A DNA stretch of 63,868 nucleotides, filler included, from an uncultured Planctomycetales bacterium (GCA_964487475.1; 4 parts of 4 records of this genome joined end to end with filler, not necessarily neighbours in it); one strand, 5' to 3'; shown: positions 37,712 to 47,548, counted from the first letter of the whole stretch. The notes: a model not told the origin generated them from the sequence alone. Numbers and translations are program-made.

Positions 37712-38695
37712 TTATCGCAGTACATGCATGATACTCTTCAAAGTCCCCAGCCTGAAGGAAAGCAGGAAATTGAGCTCCAGGGGGCCGCAAAACCCGCATC
37801 CCCCGCAACGGATACCCGGCAGCGCACGGAATGCGTTCTGGAATCCCGATTCTTTGCAGTTGGGCAACGGGCCGGGAAATGCGATCCTATCGCAAGGCAT
37901 AAGCATACCGTTCGTGTTAAGGATACAGAATATCCTTCCTGCCAGGCACCTGAGGCGCGGATACCTGGGCCATTGAAGTATATGGCGCAAACCGATCAGG
38001 GAATTGCGCAAGTGCGGATTGCCTTTGCGGGTCTCTTCGATCAGAAAGTTCACCGCCGCCCGGTATTCCTGCACTCCCGGTTCCAGGTCCTGCACGTCCT
38101 TGACCCCGCGATACAGGCTTTTCAAAGGCTGGAACGCAACAAGGGTACGGTACCGCTTTGCTATCTCAAGCAGGTACGCGGTCTCCGTGATATTGAATCG
38201 GGTAAGCGTGGAACAGAATATGAACTTTTTCCCCTTTGTCAGGCACGCGTCAGCTGCCGCCATGGCGATCCGGAAGGCGTTCTTGCCCCTGACCGCGTCA
38301 TGGATATCTTCCGGGCCATCCAGGCTGATCTTGAGAAAATCGAGGTGCTCCAATTCCGACATCCGCTCGGGCACTAACGCCCCGGTGGAATTCATCTCGG
38401 TCGAGATCCCGCGCGCTGCGGTCTCCTCGAGAATAGTGCCGATATCCTTGCGCAGCATTGGCTCCCCGCCGCTATAGGAAATGGTCTGCGTACCCATCGC
38501 TGCCATCTCGTCAAGCAGGGAGGTGATCTGCCCAAGGGACATCTCCTCTTCCGGGGTCTGCCATACATTGCAGTATTTACACTTCAAAATACACCTGTTG
38601 GTAAGCTGCCAGCGCACGGCGAGAGGGATACGCCGGCCGAGGAATTTGATCTTCAGGCACGAAAGAACCGCCTGTTTCTTATTCTTTATCCGCAT
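37712..38695 (-). CDS. Radical SAM protein, paralog of 31038-32048
   Basis: CILKCKYC, SGGEP, SLDG....HD.VRG, C.AGR; start at MRIKN. Confidence 0.88.
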   Translation of the reverse strand: MRIKNKKQAVLSCLKIKFLGRRIPLAVRWQLTNRCILKCKYCNVWQTPEEEMSLGQITSLLDEMAAMGTQTISYSGGEPMLRKDIGTILEETAARGISTEMNSTGALVPERMSELEHLDFLKISLDGPEDIHDAVRGKNAFRIAMAAADACLTKGKKFIFCSTLTRFNITETAYLLEIAKRYRTLVAFQPLKSLYRGVKDVQDLEPGVQEYRAAVNFLIEETRKGNPHLRNSLIGLRHILQWPRYPRLRCLAGRIFCILNTNGMLMPCDRIAFPGPLPNCKESGFQNAFRALPGIRCGGCGFCGPLELNFLLSFRLGTLKSIMHVLR

Positions 38696-40211
38696 GCCCC
38701 ATCCTTTCGAATTTGTACAAATGGATACCTGCGATACGTTCCTCCCGTACCGGCGAATACTCCGTGAGGAACAGGCCCGCAAGAGGAGCTTCGCGATGCG
38801 CTCCGGTCCATCGGGCCATAAGCAGCCATATCCTTTCGGGCTTACGGGCCAACACCTGCGCAACGATGCCTGTGACCGCACCGCGTATCGCCTCCTGCCC
38901 CTCTCCCCGGTCATGGGGGATCCCTCCGATAAGAGACCCGTGTTCAAGGAAAAGCGGGGAGCATTCTCCTCCGGGACCCTTGCAGTAGCGCGTCTTATCA
39001 TATCCGATAAGCGCACTGCCCGCAGGATCACCGTAATAGTAGAGAAAAGGCAGCAGGTCAGAAGCAGTGGAGATCAGCACCGCATCACCCGGTACGGCGT
39101 GTTGCTTGAGGAATACTGCCGCATCCCTCCAATGGATATGCTTGTCTTCGGTATACACGAGTGAAAGAGGATACACGGTAAGCAGCGATATCGCCAAAAG
39201 CCCCCCCCGCAACAGGGATATCCGCCTGAATGAAGCTATCCCTATCGCCATAAGCACACAAAAAGGCGGCAGACAGAACAATACATGCTTGACGAGGAAC
39301 ACCGGTTTAACGATGGAGATCAGCAGCGCGATAGCCATAGGGAACACGGTCCAAAGGATCAACGCGGTCCTCTCCCTGAAGTTTTCTCGCGCCCCTTTCA
39401 GGAAAAAGACCGCGGAGAGCGCTCCCAGTGCATACACTGCCCAGGGATGGTCGAACCGGAGGAAATAATCATAGAGCCCGTACCTTTGCCCGCCGTACGC
39501 GAACGTCTGGAACGTCTCGAAAATGAGGGACAGCTCCGGTTTGACGATCCATCCGGTATTTCCCAAAAGCTCGGCCCGGTCCGTAAGGAGCAGCCACACC
39601 AGCACGGACATCCCGGTGACCGCATGAAAGAAGCCCCAGTGGCGCCTCCCCCCGGCATCCTTTGCGGCGAACCGGGCATACAGATATTGCAGCAGAAGCG
39701 CGGAGAGCACGAACGGATGGACAAACGCCATCGTTATATTTGCAGCCGTATTCCAAATGCGGCAGGACAAAGCACTCTGCGGCCTGAGCGCGCGGAAATA
39801 GTACAGGAAGGAGATGCTCGAAAGAAGCGCCAAAAGCGTGAAATGCCTGGCTTGCTGGCTGTGATAGATATGGAAACAGGAGACCGCCAGCAGGAATGCC
39901 GAGATCAACCCTACCCTCCTGCCCCGGATATCCCTTCCCAGGAGATACACCGTATATACGGTAGCCGCACCAAAGACCACGGAAGGCAGCCTGACCCAAA
40001 ACGCCCCTGTGCCCGTAAAGAATATCCAGGATTTCAGGAACAAAAAATATACGGGCTTATATGAGATCGCGCCAAAATGAGCGAACGCGTTCAACGCCAA
40101 CGCAAGACTGCTGGCTTCGTCATACCAAAGCTCCTTGGTGCCGAGACGGAAGAGGCGTAACGCGGCCGCCAGCAGTACGATCAACGTTATCCCCCAGCCT
40201 CCCGCGCGCAT
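38679..40211 (-). CDS. GT39/PMT-like membrane glycosyltransferase
   Basis: LRL..LG..ELWYDE, P.YF..L..W, RLPSV.FG, SQQAR. Confidence 0.85.
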   Translation of the reverse strand: MRAGGWGITLIVLLAAALRLFRLGTKELWYDEASSLALALNAFAHFGAISYKPVYFLFLKSWIFFTGTGAFWVRLPSVVFGAATVYTVYLLGRDIRGRRVGLISAFLLAVSCFHIYHSQQARHFTLLALLSSISFLYYFRALRPQSALSCRIWNTAANITMAFVHPFVLSALLLQYLYARFAAKDAGGRRHWGFFHAVTGMSVLVWLLLTDRAELLGNTGWIVKPELSLIFETFQTFAYGGQRYGLYDYFLRFDHPWAVYALGALSAVFFLKGARENFRERTALILWTVFPMAIALLISIVKPVFLVKHVLFCLPPFCVLMAIGIASFRRISLLRGGLLAISLLTVYPLSLVYTEDKHIHWRDAAVFLKQHAVPGDAVLISTASDLLPFLYYYGDPAGSALIGYDKTRYCKGPGGECSPLFLEHGSLIGGIPHDRGEGQEAIRGAVTGIVAQVLARKPERIWLLMARWTGAHREAPLAGLFLTEYSPVREERIAGIHLYKFERMGHADKE

Positions 40212-41136
40212 CAGCTGCCGCTCCTTTTCCTCAACAGGATGAAATCCCCTTCCCTGTCCGCATACTCAAAAACCCCGCTGCGCACAAACTCCTGCGCGAC
40301 CTCCTCGGAACGGGAATTGCTGAAATCGGTGGTCGATGACCCGTTCTCGATCGAAGTGGTGCGCAACAAGACGCACTCCGCGGAAAAACACATGCTTCCG
40401 TCTTTGCGCGCGCGCTGATCCTTCACCAGTCTGCCCCCGTCGTTTTTGATCACCTCGAAAAGATGCTCCCGGTGAGAAAGCTGCGGCAGCAGGTCGCCGC
40501 TGGCACAGACCGACGCCTTCTCGGGGATAGCGGAGATCAGCTTCCAGGCGATCCGGTCCTGGTCGTCCTGCCGGTAAAAAACCGGATGGAACACGTTGCG
40601 CACGCCGACGAACCGGTGATCGAAGATCTTTCCGGCCTCTTCAACCGTACCGTAACGGGTATACCCGAAATTCGAAATGACCACCAGCAGGAACACCGCG
40701 GTCAACAAGACACCCTTCCACTTCCCTGCGCGATGTGCCTCCAGGAAAACGATACCGCGACGGACCCCGAATACCGCGGCGATGATGATCCCGGGAAGCA
40801 GCGGCGCAAGCTGATGCGCGTTGCCGATCCCCATGCTGGTCTTCTGCAGTACGATGAGCAGGAACGCGGGCAGGCTCAAAAGAAGCGCCAAAGGGCCGCA
40901 CAATGGCAGGAAAAAATACGGCAGGCCCAACACTCTAAACAACAGTTCCTTCCCCTCCCAGAGCTGAATGAGCGTTTCCTGCAAATACCCGGCAATAAAT
41001 AACGGGATGCCTGGGGCGGACGAAAAAGAAGCCAACCCATAATGCTCGTCGTCCAGATATCTGAAGATAAGACCTTCCTTATACCCCATCGCCGGCAGGA
41101 TCACCTGGTAGGAGAGCACGAACCACGCCCCTCCCA
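40211..41136 (-). CDS. DUF2079-like membrane protein (5' truncated)
   Basis: TM helices, IP..ASV.A...LLP.LSHR motif. Confidence 0.6.
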
Positions 41137-41236
41137 NNNNNNNNNNNNNNNNNNNNNNNNNNNNNNNNNNNNNNNNNNNNTTAATTAATTAANNNNNNNN
41201 NNNNNNNNNNNNNNNNNNNNNNNNNNNNNNNNNNNN
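41137..41236. other. Artificial contig linker
   Basis: N-run containing TTAATTAATTAA. Confidence 0.97.
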
Positions 41237-41512
41237 GCTCCCCCTCTAGGACTCGAACCTAGGACCTGGTGGTTACAAGTAACCCGGAATTACGTCCGGA
41301 CTTGGACTATATCTTTGTCTTGAGCCTTTCGGCTTTTAGACAGCGGGTGCATAGTCTCTGAACCTTCCCCAAACAGTTCTTGGGGCTCGGCTGCTGATTA
41401 CCCTCGCTTGCGCGTTCGGGCTTCCAGCAATTCTCCCACAGTTTCAACTATGGTTTCCCATAGAAGCTGCCGATTTGACAGCCACTCGCTCTACCGACTG
41501 AGCTAAGGGGGA
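41237..41512 (-). tRNA. tRNA-Asn(GTT), intron-split; exons 41512-41478 and 41275-41237; CCA cut by contig end
   Basis: Acceptor TCCCCCT/AGGGGGA, D arm GCTC..GAGC, anticodon loop CT GT^T AA, T arm CTAGG-TTCGAGT-CCTAG, discriminator G. Confidence 0.93.
41276..41477 (-). ncRNA. Group I self-splicing intron, 202 nt, no ORF
   Basis: P AATTGCTGGAAG, Q AATCAGCAG, R GTTCAGAGACTA, S AAGATATAGTCC; P1 with U.G at the 5' splice site; terminal G. Confidence 0.93.
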
Positions 41513-41559
41513 ATAGCCTATATATGCAAAGAACAACCGCTAAAGTTCAGCGGGAGTTA

Positions 41560-41588
41560 ATTCTACCCTAAAGACGCCACTATTTCAA
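41560..41588 (-). promoter_or_regulatory. Sigma70-type promoter of the tRNA gene
   Basis: TTGAAA-N17-TAGAAT. Confidence 0.75.
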
Positions 41589-41596
41589 GCAATAAA

Positions 41597-43378
41597 TTAG
41601 GCGATTATCTGGGCTTCCAGGCTCTTGATATCGTCTTCTATCTCCGCCAACCGCATCTCGATCTCCTTAAGCCTGCGGCCATACTCTGCCGCCGTAGGCT
41701 CCTCGCGGTAAAAATGAGGGTTGGAAAGCGCCCGCACCTTGGCGTAGCTCTCGATTTGCAGGTTTTCACGCTCCTTTTCAAGCTTGGTGATCCTCTCGCG
41801 CACCAGCGTATTGTGTTTCTTGCGGTTCTTCTCCTCTTCCTTGCGCGAATGCTGCTCCTGGCGCTGGCGCTCCTTCTCGTCATCCGCCTTTTTGGCCTGC
41901 GGCTGATGGTGCGGCTGCCGGCGGGCCGGCAGGGACGGGTCTTTTCCGAAGGAATCCTTCTTCTCCAGGTAATAATCGAAATTTCCGGGGAACTTGCGGA
42001 CACTCCCCTGCTTTACCTCATACACGCAGTTGGCAACGGAACGGACGAAGTAAATATCGTGGCTGATGCAGACGATCGTGCCTTCGTACTCCTTAAGGGC
42101 GCGGACCAACGCCTCCACCGCATCCACGTCCAGATGGGTCGTCGGCTCATCCAGCAGCAGGAAGTTCGGGGGGTCGATCAGGAGCTTGGCCAGGATCAGA
42201 CGGCTTTTCTCGCCTCCGGAAAGGACCCTGACCTTCTTGTCGGCATCATCCCCGGAAAAAAGGAACGCGCCGAGGATGGTACGCACCGCCTCCGACGCCA
42301 TATACCCGGGTGCTGCGGTATACGCCTCCTGCAGCACGGTGTTCTCGGGATTGAGAACATCCAGGCGGGTCTGGGAAAAATATCCCGGTTCCACATTATA
42401 GCCGATCTTACGCATCCCGGAATCGATAGGGATTACCCCGGCCAGGATCTTAAGGAGCGTCGACTTGCCCGCCCCGTTCTCCCCGGCCAGCACCGCCTTC
42501 TCCCCCACTTCGATCTCGAAATCGAAATCCTTGTATACCTGGATATCTCCGTAGGCTTTAGAGATCTTCTCTAAGGTAACCACCCGCTGGCCGCTCCTCT
42601 TCGCCGCCGGGAAACGGAAGTTCTGGATGCTCTCCCTTGTATCCGGAGGAAGCACGATGGATTCCTTTTCCAGACGCTCCAGCTGGGTGCGCTTGGCGCG
42701 TACTGCCGCAGCCTTATTGGGCTGGGCGTGGAAACGGGAGACGAAGGTCTCCAGCTGCTCCTTCTTCTTCTCCTGTTCCTTGTACTGCTTCTCGAGCATC
42801 ACCCGGCGCTCGGCTTTGAGGGATTCGTAGTGCTCGTAATTGCCGCGCACTTTGGCGATCGAGCCGTGCTCGAGGATCAACGTATAATTGGTGACGTCGG
42901 TCAAGAACGCCTTGTCATGCGAGATCATGATGAAGGTGCCGTCAAAACCCGCCAGGTAATCCTTAAGCCACAANNNNNNNNNNNNNNNNNNNNNNNNNNN
43001 NNNNNNNNNNNNNNNNNNNNNNNNNNNNNNNNNNNNNNNNNNNNNNNNNNNNNNNNNNNNNNNNNNNNNNNNNAGGGATTCCTTCTCCTTGACCAGCTTC
43101 GTCACCCGCTCGTCCCCCTCGGTCAGTTCCTGCAGGACGGTGCGCTCGGAGTGGAAACTCGACTCCTGCGCCAGGTAGCCGATGGTCAGGTTCTTCAAAA
43201 GCTGAACCTCTCCGGAGGAAGGCTCTACTTCCCCGCGGATCAGGCCGAAAAGTGTCGACTTGCCCGCGCCGTTGGGGCCGATCAAACCTACCCGCTCCCC
43301 GCGGTTGATGGTGATGGAGATGTTCTCGAAAAGTACTTTCGGGCCGTAATTTTTTGAAAGATTGCTTATGGTTATCAT
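41597..43378 (-). CDS. ABC-F family ATPase (spans scaffold gap 42974-43073)
   Basis: Two Walker A motifs (GPNGAGKST, GENGAGKST), SHD, GNY, LSGGEK, DEPT; no TM. Confidence 0.9.
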   Translation of the reverse strand: MITISNLSKNYGPKVLFENISITINRGERVGLIGPNGAGKSTLFGLIRGEVEPSSGEVQLLKNLTIGYLAQESSFHSERTVLQELTEGDERVTKLVKEKESXXXXXXXXXXXXXXXXXXXXXXXXXXXXXXXXXXLWLKDYLAGFDGTFIMISHDKAFLTDVTNYTLILEHGSIAKVRGNYEHYESLKAERRVMLEKQYKEQEKKKEQLETFVSRFHAQPNKAAAVRAKRTQLERLEKESIVLPPDTRESIQNFRFPAAKRSGQRVVTLEKISKAYGDIQVYKDFDFEIEVGEKAVLAGENGAGKSTLLKILAGVIPIDSGMRKIGYNVEPGYFSQTRLDVLNPENTVLQEAYTAAPGYMASEAVRTILGAFLFSGDDADKKVRVLSGGEKSRLILAKLLIDPPNFLLLDEPTTHLDVDAVEALVRALKEYEGTIVCISHDIYFVRSVANCVYEVKQGSVRKFPGNFDYYLEKKDSFGKDPSLPARRQPHHQPQAKKADDEKERQRQEQHSRKEEEKNRKKHNTLVRERITKLEKERENLQIESYAKVRALSNPHFYREEPTAAEYGRRLKEIEMRLAEIEDDIKSLEAQIIA

Positions 43379-43387
43379 GGGAAGAGG

Positions 43388-43987
43388 CTAGAGCGCGCGG
43401 CGGGCTTCCATTGACTTGGTAAGAGTGACGGAATCCGCGTATTCGAGGTTGGAGCCGACGGGAAGTCCTAAGCCGATGCGGGTAATATGCACGTTAAGCG
43501 GCTTGATCACCTTGGCCAGGTAAAGGGCGGTGGTCTCGCCTTCGGTATCGGCGTCGGTAGCGATGATGACTTCCTTGATCTGGTCGCGCTTGATGCGCTC
43601 CAGAAGGGTTTCGATCTTAAGGTCCGCGGGGCCTTTGCCCTCCAGCGGAGAGATGGAGCCCATCAGCACGTGATACGAACCGTCGTATGCCCCGGATTTT
43701 TCCATGGCCGTGACATCGCTGGGTTTTTCCACCACGCAGATGACCTCCCTGCGGCGGCGGGGATTCTTGCAGATGACGCACAGGTCCTCTTCGCTCAAGT
43801 TATGGCAGAGCTGGCAGAGCTTGACGTTGTCCTTGACGCGGATGATGGCGTCGGAAAGCTCCTTGGCCTCGTCGCGGGAGACGTTGAGGATATAGCTGAC
43901 GATGCGCTCGGCGCTCCTGCGGCCGACGCCCGGGAATTTAGTCAGCTGTTCGATCAGCTTTTCTATCGAGTCCGTATAGGTCGCCAC
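43388..43987 (-). CDS. recR: Recombination mediator RecR
   Basis: PGVGRRSAER, C4 zinc finger, ICVVE, EGETTA Toprim. Confidence 0.96.
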   Translation of the reverse strand: MATYTDSIEKLIEQLTKFPGVGRRSAERIVSYILNVSRDEAKELSDAIIRVKDNVKLCQLCHNLSEEDLCVICKNPRRRREVICVVEKPSDVTAMEKSGAYDGSYHVLMGSISPLEGKGPADLKIETLLERIKRDQIKEVIIATDADTEGETTALYLAKVIKPLNVHITRIGLGLPVGSNLEYADSVTLTKSMEARRAL

Positions 43988-45707
43988 TTAATTCTTCCTT
44001 TACCACTTTCGCGCCGAAGGTTTCGATCGCGGTCTTCAGCACGGGATTGTCATGTTTGTCCTGCCGGGTGTGAGAAAGCAGGAAATTGAAACGCACTTTC
44101 GCGCCGCAACAGTCTGACGCCATCTTCTCCACCAGGTCGCGGTTATCTTTACGGTCCAGGGAATCCCGGTGGAAAGCACAGCTCTTGGGGAACTCCACGG
44201 TCACGATATTGCCATGCGCCTCGGTCAATTCCCCCTCGGCGAGGTAGGTCGCCAGGCTCATCTTGACCTTGCTCAAAGAGGCGATGATCTGCTGCCAGCA
44301 CTCGCGGAGCTTCTCCAGTTTTGGGCCGGGTGCGACGGGCAACGGAGCACTGGCCCCACCTTTAAGGCCAGGTGCGGCGGGAATTGGCGAAGCAAATGAC
44401 GCCTCGGAGGGCGGTGCGACCTTCGGGGCTTCGGGAATGATTTTCGCCGCAGGCTTTGCAGAAGGCAAAGCACCGGCCACTCCTTTTGGGCCAGGTGCGA
44501 CTAACGAAGGAGCACTGGCCCCACCTTTTGGGCCAGGTGCGACTAACGAAGGAGCACCGGCCACTCCTTTTGGGCCGGGTGCATGCGCAGACACGGGCTT
44601 AGGCGCCGCGGCCTCCACCGTCCCTCGCTGCGCCAGCTGCACCAGCGTCACCTCAAAGGGTATCCTACCCGAATCGAACCTGCGCGCCATCTCCTGTGCG
44701 GAAGCCAGCGCGGTAAAAAAGGTGAAAAGCTCCTGGGCGGTGAACTGCTGCGATTGCTTGACCAGCCGCTCGCACACTTCCTGCGGCAAATCCAGAAGTA
44801 CCGGATCCCCGGCGGAAACCCGGGCCACCATCAGGTTGCGGAAATGCTCGATCAGGGTCGCGGCGAAGGCGGAAAGGTCCTTGCCCTCGTCCAGGATACC
44901 GTTGAAGTGCGACAGGGCCTCCTTGGCGTCCTTACGCGCCAGAGAATCCGTAATGGCAAAAAGCGTTTCCTGTTCCACCATCCCCAGCACGGAGACCACA
45001 TCCTTGAGGGATACCTTCCCCTGCGAGAAAGATACGATCTGGTCGAGGATCGATTCGGCGTCGCGCAGGGAACCGTCCCCGGCTTTGGCGATCGCGTACA
45101 GCACCTCTTCGTCGATCGCGAGCTTTTCCTGGCCGGCGATAGCCTTAAGCTGCGCCATGATCTCCTTGACCGTGATCCGGCGGAAATCCAGCCGGTGGCA
45201 GCGGGAAAGGATCGTCGGGAGGATCTTGTGCGGATGGGTAGTAGCAAAGATGAATTTTACGTACTCCGGCGGCTCCTCCAGGGTCTTCAAGAGGGCGTTG
45301 AATCCGTCGGGCGTGATCTGATGGACTTCGTCGATGATGTAGACCTTGAAGCGGCCCTGGACGGGCGCGAACTTGACGTTCTCGCGCAGCTGGCGGATCT
45401 CGTCGATGCCGCGGTTGGAGGCGCCGTCGATCTCGATGACGTCAAGGGAAGATCCCTTGGTGATCTCGGTACAGCTGGAGCAGACCCCGCACGGCGAGGC
45501 GGTCGGGCCCTCCTTGCAGTTCAAGGCCTTGGCCAGGATGCGCGCAGTAGAGGTCTTGCCCACGCCTCGGGGGCCCGCAAAAAGATAGGCGTGAGCAAGC
45601 CTTTGTTTTTCTATGGCGCTGGTAAGCGTCGAAACGATATGGGGCTGACCGACTATCTCGGTGAAGACCTTCGGCCGCCACTTGAGGGCAAAGACGACGT
45701 ACGACAT
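43938..45707 (-). CDS. dnaX: DNA polymerase III gamma/tau
   Basis: KWRP..F.EIVGQ, GPRGVGKTS, IDEVH, LLKTLEEPP, SRC. Confidence 0.96.
   Translation of the reverse strand: MSYVVFALKWRPKVFTEIVGQPHIVSTLTSAIEKQRLAHAYLFAGPRGVGKTSTARILAKALNCKEGPTASPCGVCSSCTEITKGSSLDVIEIDGASNRGIDEIRQLRENVKFAPVQGRFKVYIIDEVHQITPDGFNALLKTLEEPPEYVKFIFATTHPHKILPTILSRCHRLDFRRITVKEIMAQLKAIAGQEKLAIDEEVLYAIAKAGDGSLRDAESILDQIVSFSQGKVSLKDVVSVLGMVEQETLFAITDSLARKDAKEALSHFNGILDEGKDLSAFAATLIEHFRNLMVARVSAGDPVLLDLPQEVCERLVKQSQQFTAQELFTFFTALASAQEMARRFDSGRIPFEVTLVQLAQRGTVEAAAPKPVSAHAPGPKGVAGAPSLVAPGPKGGASAPSLVAPGPKGVAGALPSAKPAAKIIPEAPKVAPPSEASFASPIPAAPGLKGGASAPLPVAPGPKLEKLRECWQQIIASLSKVKMSLATYLAEGELTEAHGNIVTVEFPKSCAFHRDSLDRKDNRDLVEKMASDCCGAKVRFNFLLSHTRQDKHDNPVLKTAIETFGAKVVKEELSGDLYGLDRKADRTAD
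44319..44582. repeat. In-frame palindromic repeat copies (family B) within the dnaX linker
   Basis: GCACYGGCC-N10-GGCCRGGTGC at 44347, 44470, 44512, 44554 (last three 42 bp apart) plus a half copy near 44319; encodes APGPKG.A.A. Confidence 0.88.
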
Positions 45708-45746
45708 GATACTATTATAGCACAACGCACGGCTGCGCGCGGCAAA

Positions 45747-46889
45747 TTACTGCTGCGGCGCGGCGGGAGCGGGAGCTTCCTCTTCTTTCTGTTTCTTGAA
45801 CATGTCCTTGAAGGTGTTGCCTATCTCCTTGAAGGTCTCCTTGTTCTCCTTGATCCTTTCGATGGTCTGGGGAAGGTTCTGGAGCGCCTCTTCAGGCGTG
45901 CTACCCAGGAGATTGACGGTTACGGCTTCGAAAATCGCCTTGCGGATCTCTTTTTTGGTGAACTTCGGATCGCTGAGCCTGGTCTTCAGATTGAAGGCGA
46001 AATTGATCTCGCCGTTCTTATCGGCAAAGGTATCGAGGGATTTGGCGACGGCAGCGAAAGAGAAAAGCCCCTCTTCAGAGGCGGCCGCTTCATCCTGCTT
46101 GTAGACGATGTGCGAGAATTTGACCTTGTTGGCCAGGGTCAGGGCATCCTTCACTGCGGAGAACTTGGTATTGATGCTGCCCTTGGCGGAGACGAGCTTG
46201 CGCTGCGAAAGGAGCGTGCCCAGGTACGGGGCCAGGGTCGTCACTTCCAGATCGGCGATGTCGAGGGTGGCGTCCATATCCTTGGAACCGAAATCGACCC
46301 AGCCCTTCGCGGAGATCGCGCCGCCCTCTTTGCCTGCGGGGTCGAGCATCACGCAGGAGAGATCGAGGTCGGTCTTAAGGGAAGTGATCGGGAAGGCCAC
46401 CTTGGCCACTTCGACATTGAGCTTATCGACGGTGATCTTATAGCCGTTGGGATCGATCTTCTTATCCACATAGACGACCTTGCCGTTCTTAAGGGAAAGC
46501 GAAAGCAGATAGACCGGAGGAGGCGGCGGGCCGTTCTGGTCGAAAACCGGGAGGTTCAAGGTATCCCCGGAGGATTTCTCGACGGTGATAACGGGATTCT
46601 CCAGGGTGACCTTGTCCAGGATCACCTTACCCGCCAGGAAGCCGGTGACGTTAGGCGCGATGGTAAGCTTGCCGATATCGGCGAAAGTTCCGAGTTTGAG
46701 CTGCTCGAGAGTGACCTGCAGGGGGAAATTGACCTTGTAGGAGCCCAGGGTAACGGTGGTCTTGAGGTTCTTCTCCAGCTGTCCGACGATGATCTGCTTG
46801 CCGAAAAAGGTAAGGACCAACCAGGTGCCGACGAAAAGTACGACCGCGATGACCAGGATCGAAATGGCGAGTATTTTAAGCAGTTTCAT
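45747..46889 (-). CDS. AsmA-like/DUF748 family protein
   Basis: N-terminal anchor, L..P.I.VEK...G.LN, beta-rich amphipathic pattern. Confidence 0.72.
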   Translation of the reverse strand: MKLLKILAISILVIAVVLFVGTWLVLTFFGKQIIVGQLEKNLKTTVTLGSYKVNFPLQVTLEQLKLGTFADIGKLTIAPNVTGFLAGKVILDKVTLENPVITVEKSSGDTLNLPVFDQNGPPPPPVYLLSLSLKNGKVVYVDKKIDPNGYKITVDKLNVEVAKVAFPITSLKTDLDLSCVMLDPAGKEGGAISAKGWVDFGSKDMDATLDIADLEVTTLAPYLGTLLSQRKLVSAKGSINTKFSAVKDALTLANKVKFSHIVYKQDEAAASEEGLFSFAAVAKSLDTFADKNGEINFAFNLKTRLSDPKFTKKEIRKAIFEAVTVNLLGSTPEEALQNLPQTIERIKENKETFKEIGNTFKDMFKKQKEEEAPAPAAPQQ

Positions 46890-46961
46890 CTATGTCCTCC
46901 GGGATTAGGGTACGTTTCACTGACCAAGGGATTAGTCTACCACACTCCCCCCATTAGTCAA

Positions 46962-47048
46962 TAGGGACGCCCCTAAAGGGGACGCTCCTAAAGGGGACAC
47001 CCCTCTGCAGAAAGCAGAGCACCGGCCACATCCTCTTAGGCCGGGTGC
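46962..47048 (+). repeat. Composite repeat: family A triple unit + family B double hairpin
   Basis: TAGGGACGCCCCTAA-AGGGGACGCTCCTAA-AGGGGACACCCC, CTCTGC-AGAAA-GCAGAG, GCACCGGCC..GGCCGGGTGC. Confidence 0.85.
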
Positions 47049-47548
47049 GCAGAAAGCAATTTCAGGTACACCGAATGATCACGGTCGGAGAAGGTCACGA
47101 AGACGATCTTATCGAAAGCCCCGGAGTAATGCTCCATATCATCCCGCACTGTCCGTACGGCGATCCCGGCAGCGAGTTCCAAAGGGAAACGATATGCCCC
47201 TGTTGAGATCGATGGGAACGCTATGGAGCGGAGCCCATGCGCGCGTGCCAGGGCAAGCGACGTGCGGTAGCAGGATTCCAGAAGCTCCGGCTCCCTGCTC
47301 TTACCACCCGACCATACCGGACCGACCGTATGGATGACAAAGCGGGCGGGAAGGTTATACCCGTTGGTGATCTTGGCCTGGCCGGTTTTACATCCGCCCA
47401 AGGTCTTGCACTCTGCCAGAAGCTGCGGCCCCGCGGCCCGGTGGATAGCGCCGTCCACCCCGCCGCCTCCGAGCAAAGTCGTATTGGCGGCGTTGACGAT
47501 CGCCTCCACCTGCACCTTCGTAATGTCACCTCTCACCACTTCTATCAT
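47036..47548 (-). CDS. Macro domain O-acetyl-ADP-ribose deacetylase (YmdB-like)
   Basis: [31 protein letters not shown]. Confidence 0.93.
   Translation of the reverse strand: MIEVVRGDITKVQVEAIVNAANTTLLGGGGVDGAIHRAAGPQLLAECKTLGGCKTGQAKITNGYNLPARFVIHTVGPVWSGGKSREPELLESCYRTSLALARAHGLRSIAFPSISTGAYRFPLELAAGIAVRTVRDDMEHYSGAFDKIVFVTFSDRDHSVYLKLLSAHPA

Noticed and set aside
35514..37976. 820-aa + strand ORF with an internal repeat
   Set aside because: Antisense shadow of the duplicated radical SAM genes; no recognisable motifs, expected in high-GC DNA
44470..44582. 29-bp palindromic repeats at regular spacing resembling a CRISPR array
   Set aside because: The 13-bp spacers are identical, the repeats are inside dnaX and no cas genes are present
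44583..46964. 793-aa + strand ORF and similar long antisense ORFs (e.g. 14142-15416, 50589-51989)
   Set aside because: Opposite well-supported genes; artefact of GC-rich codon usage
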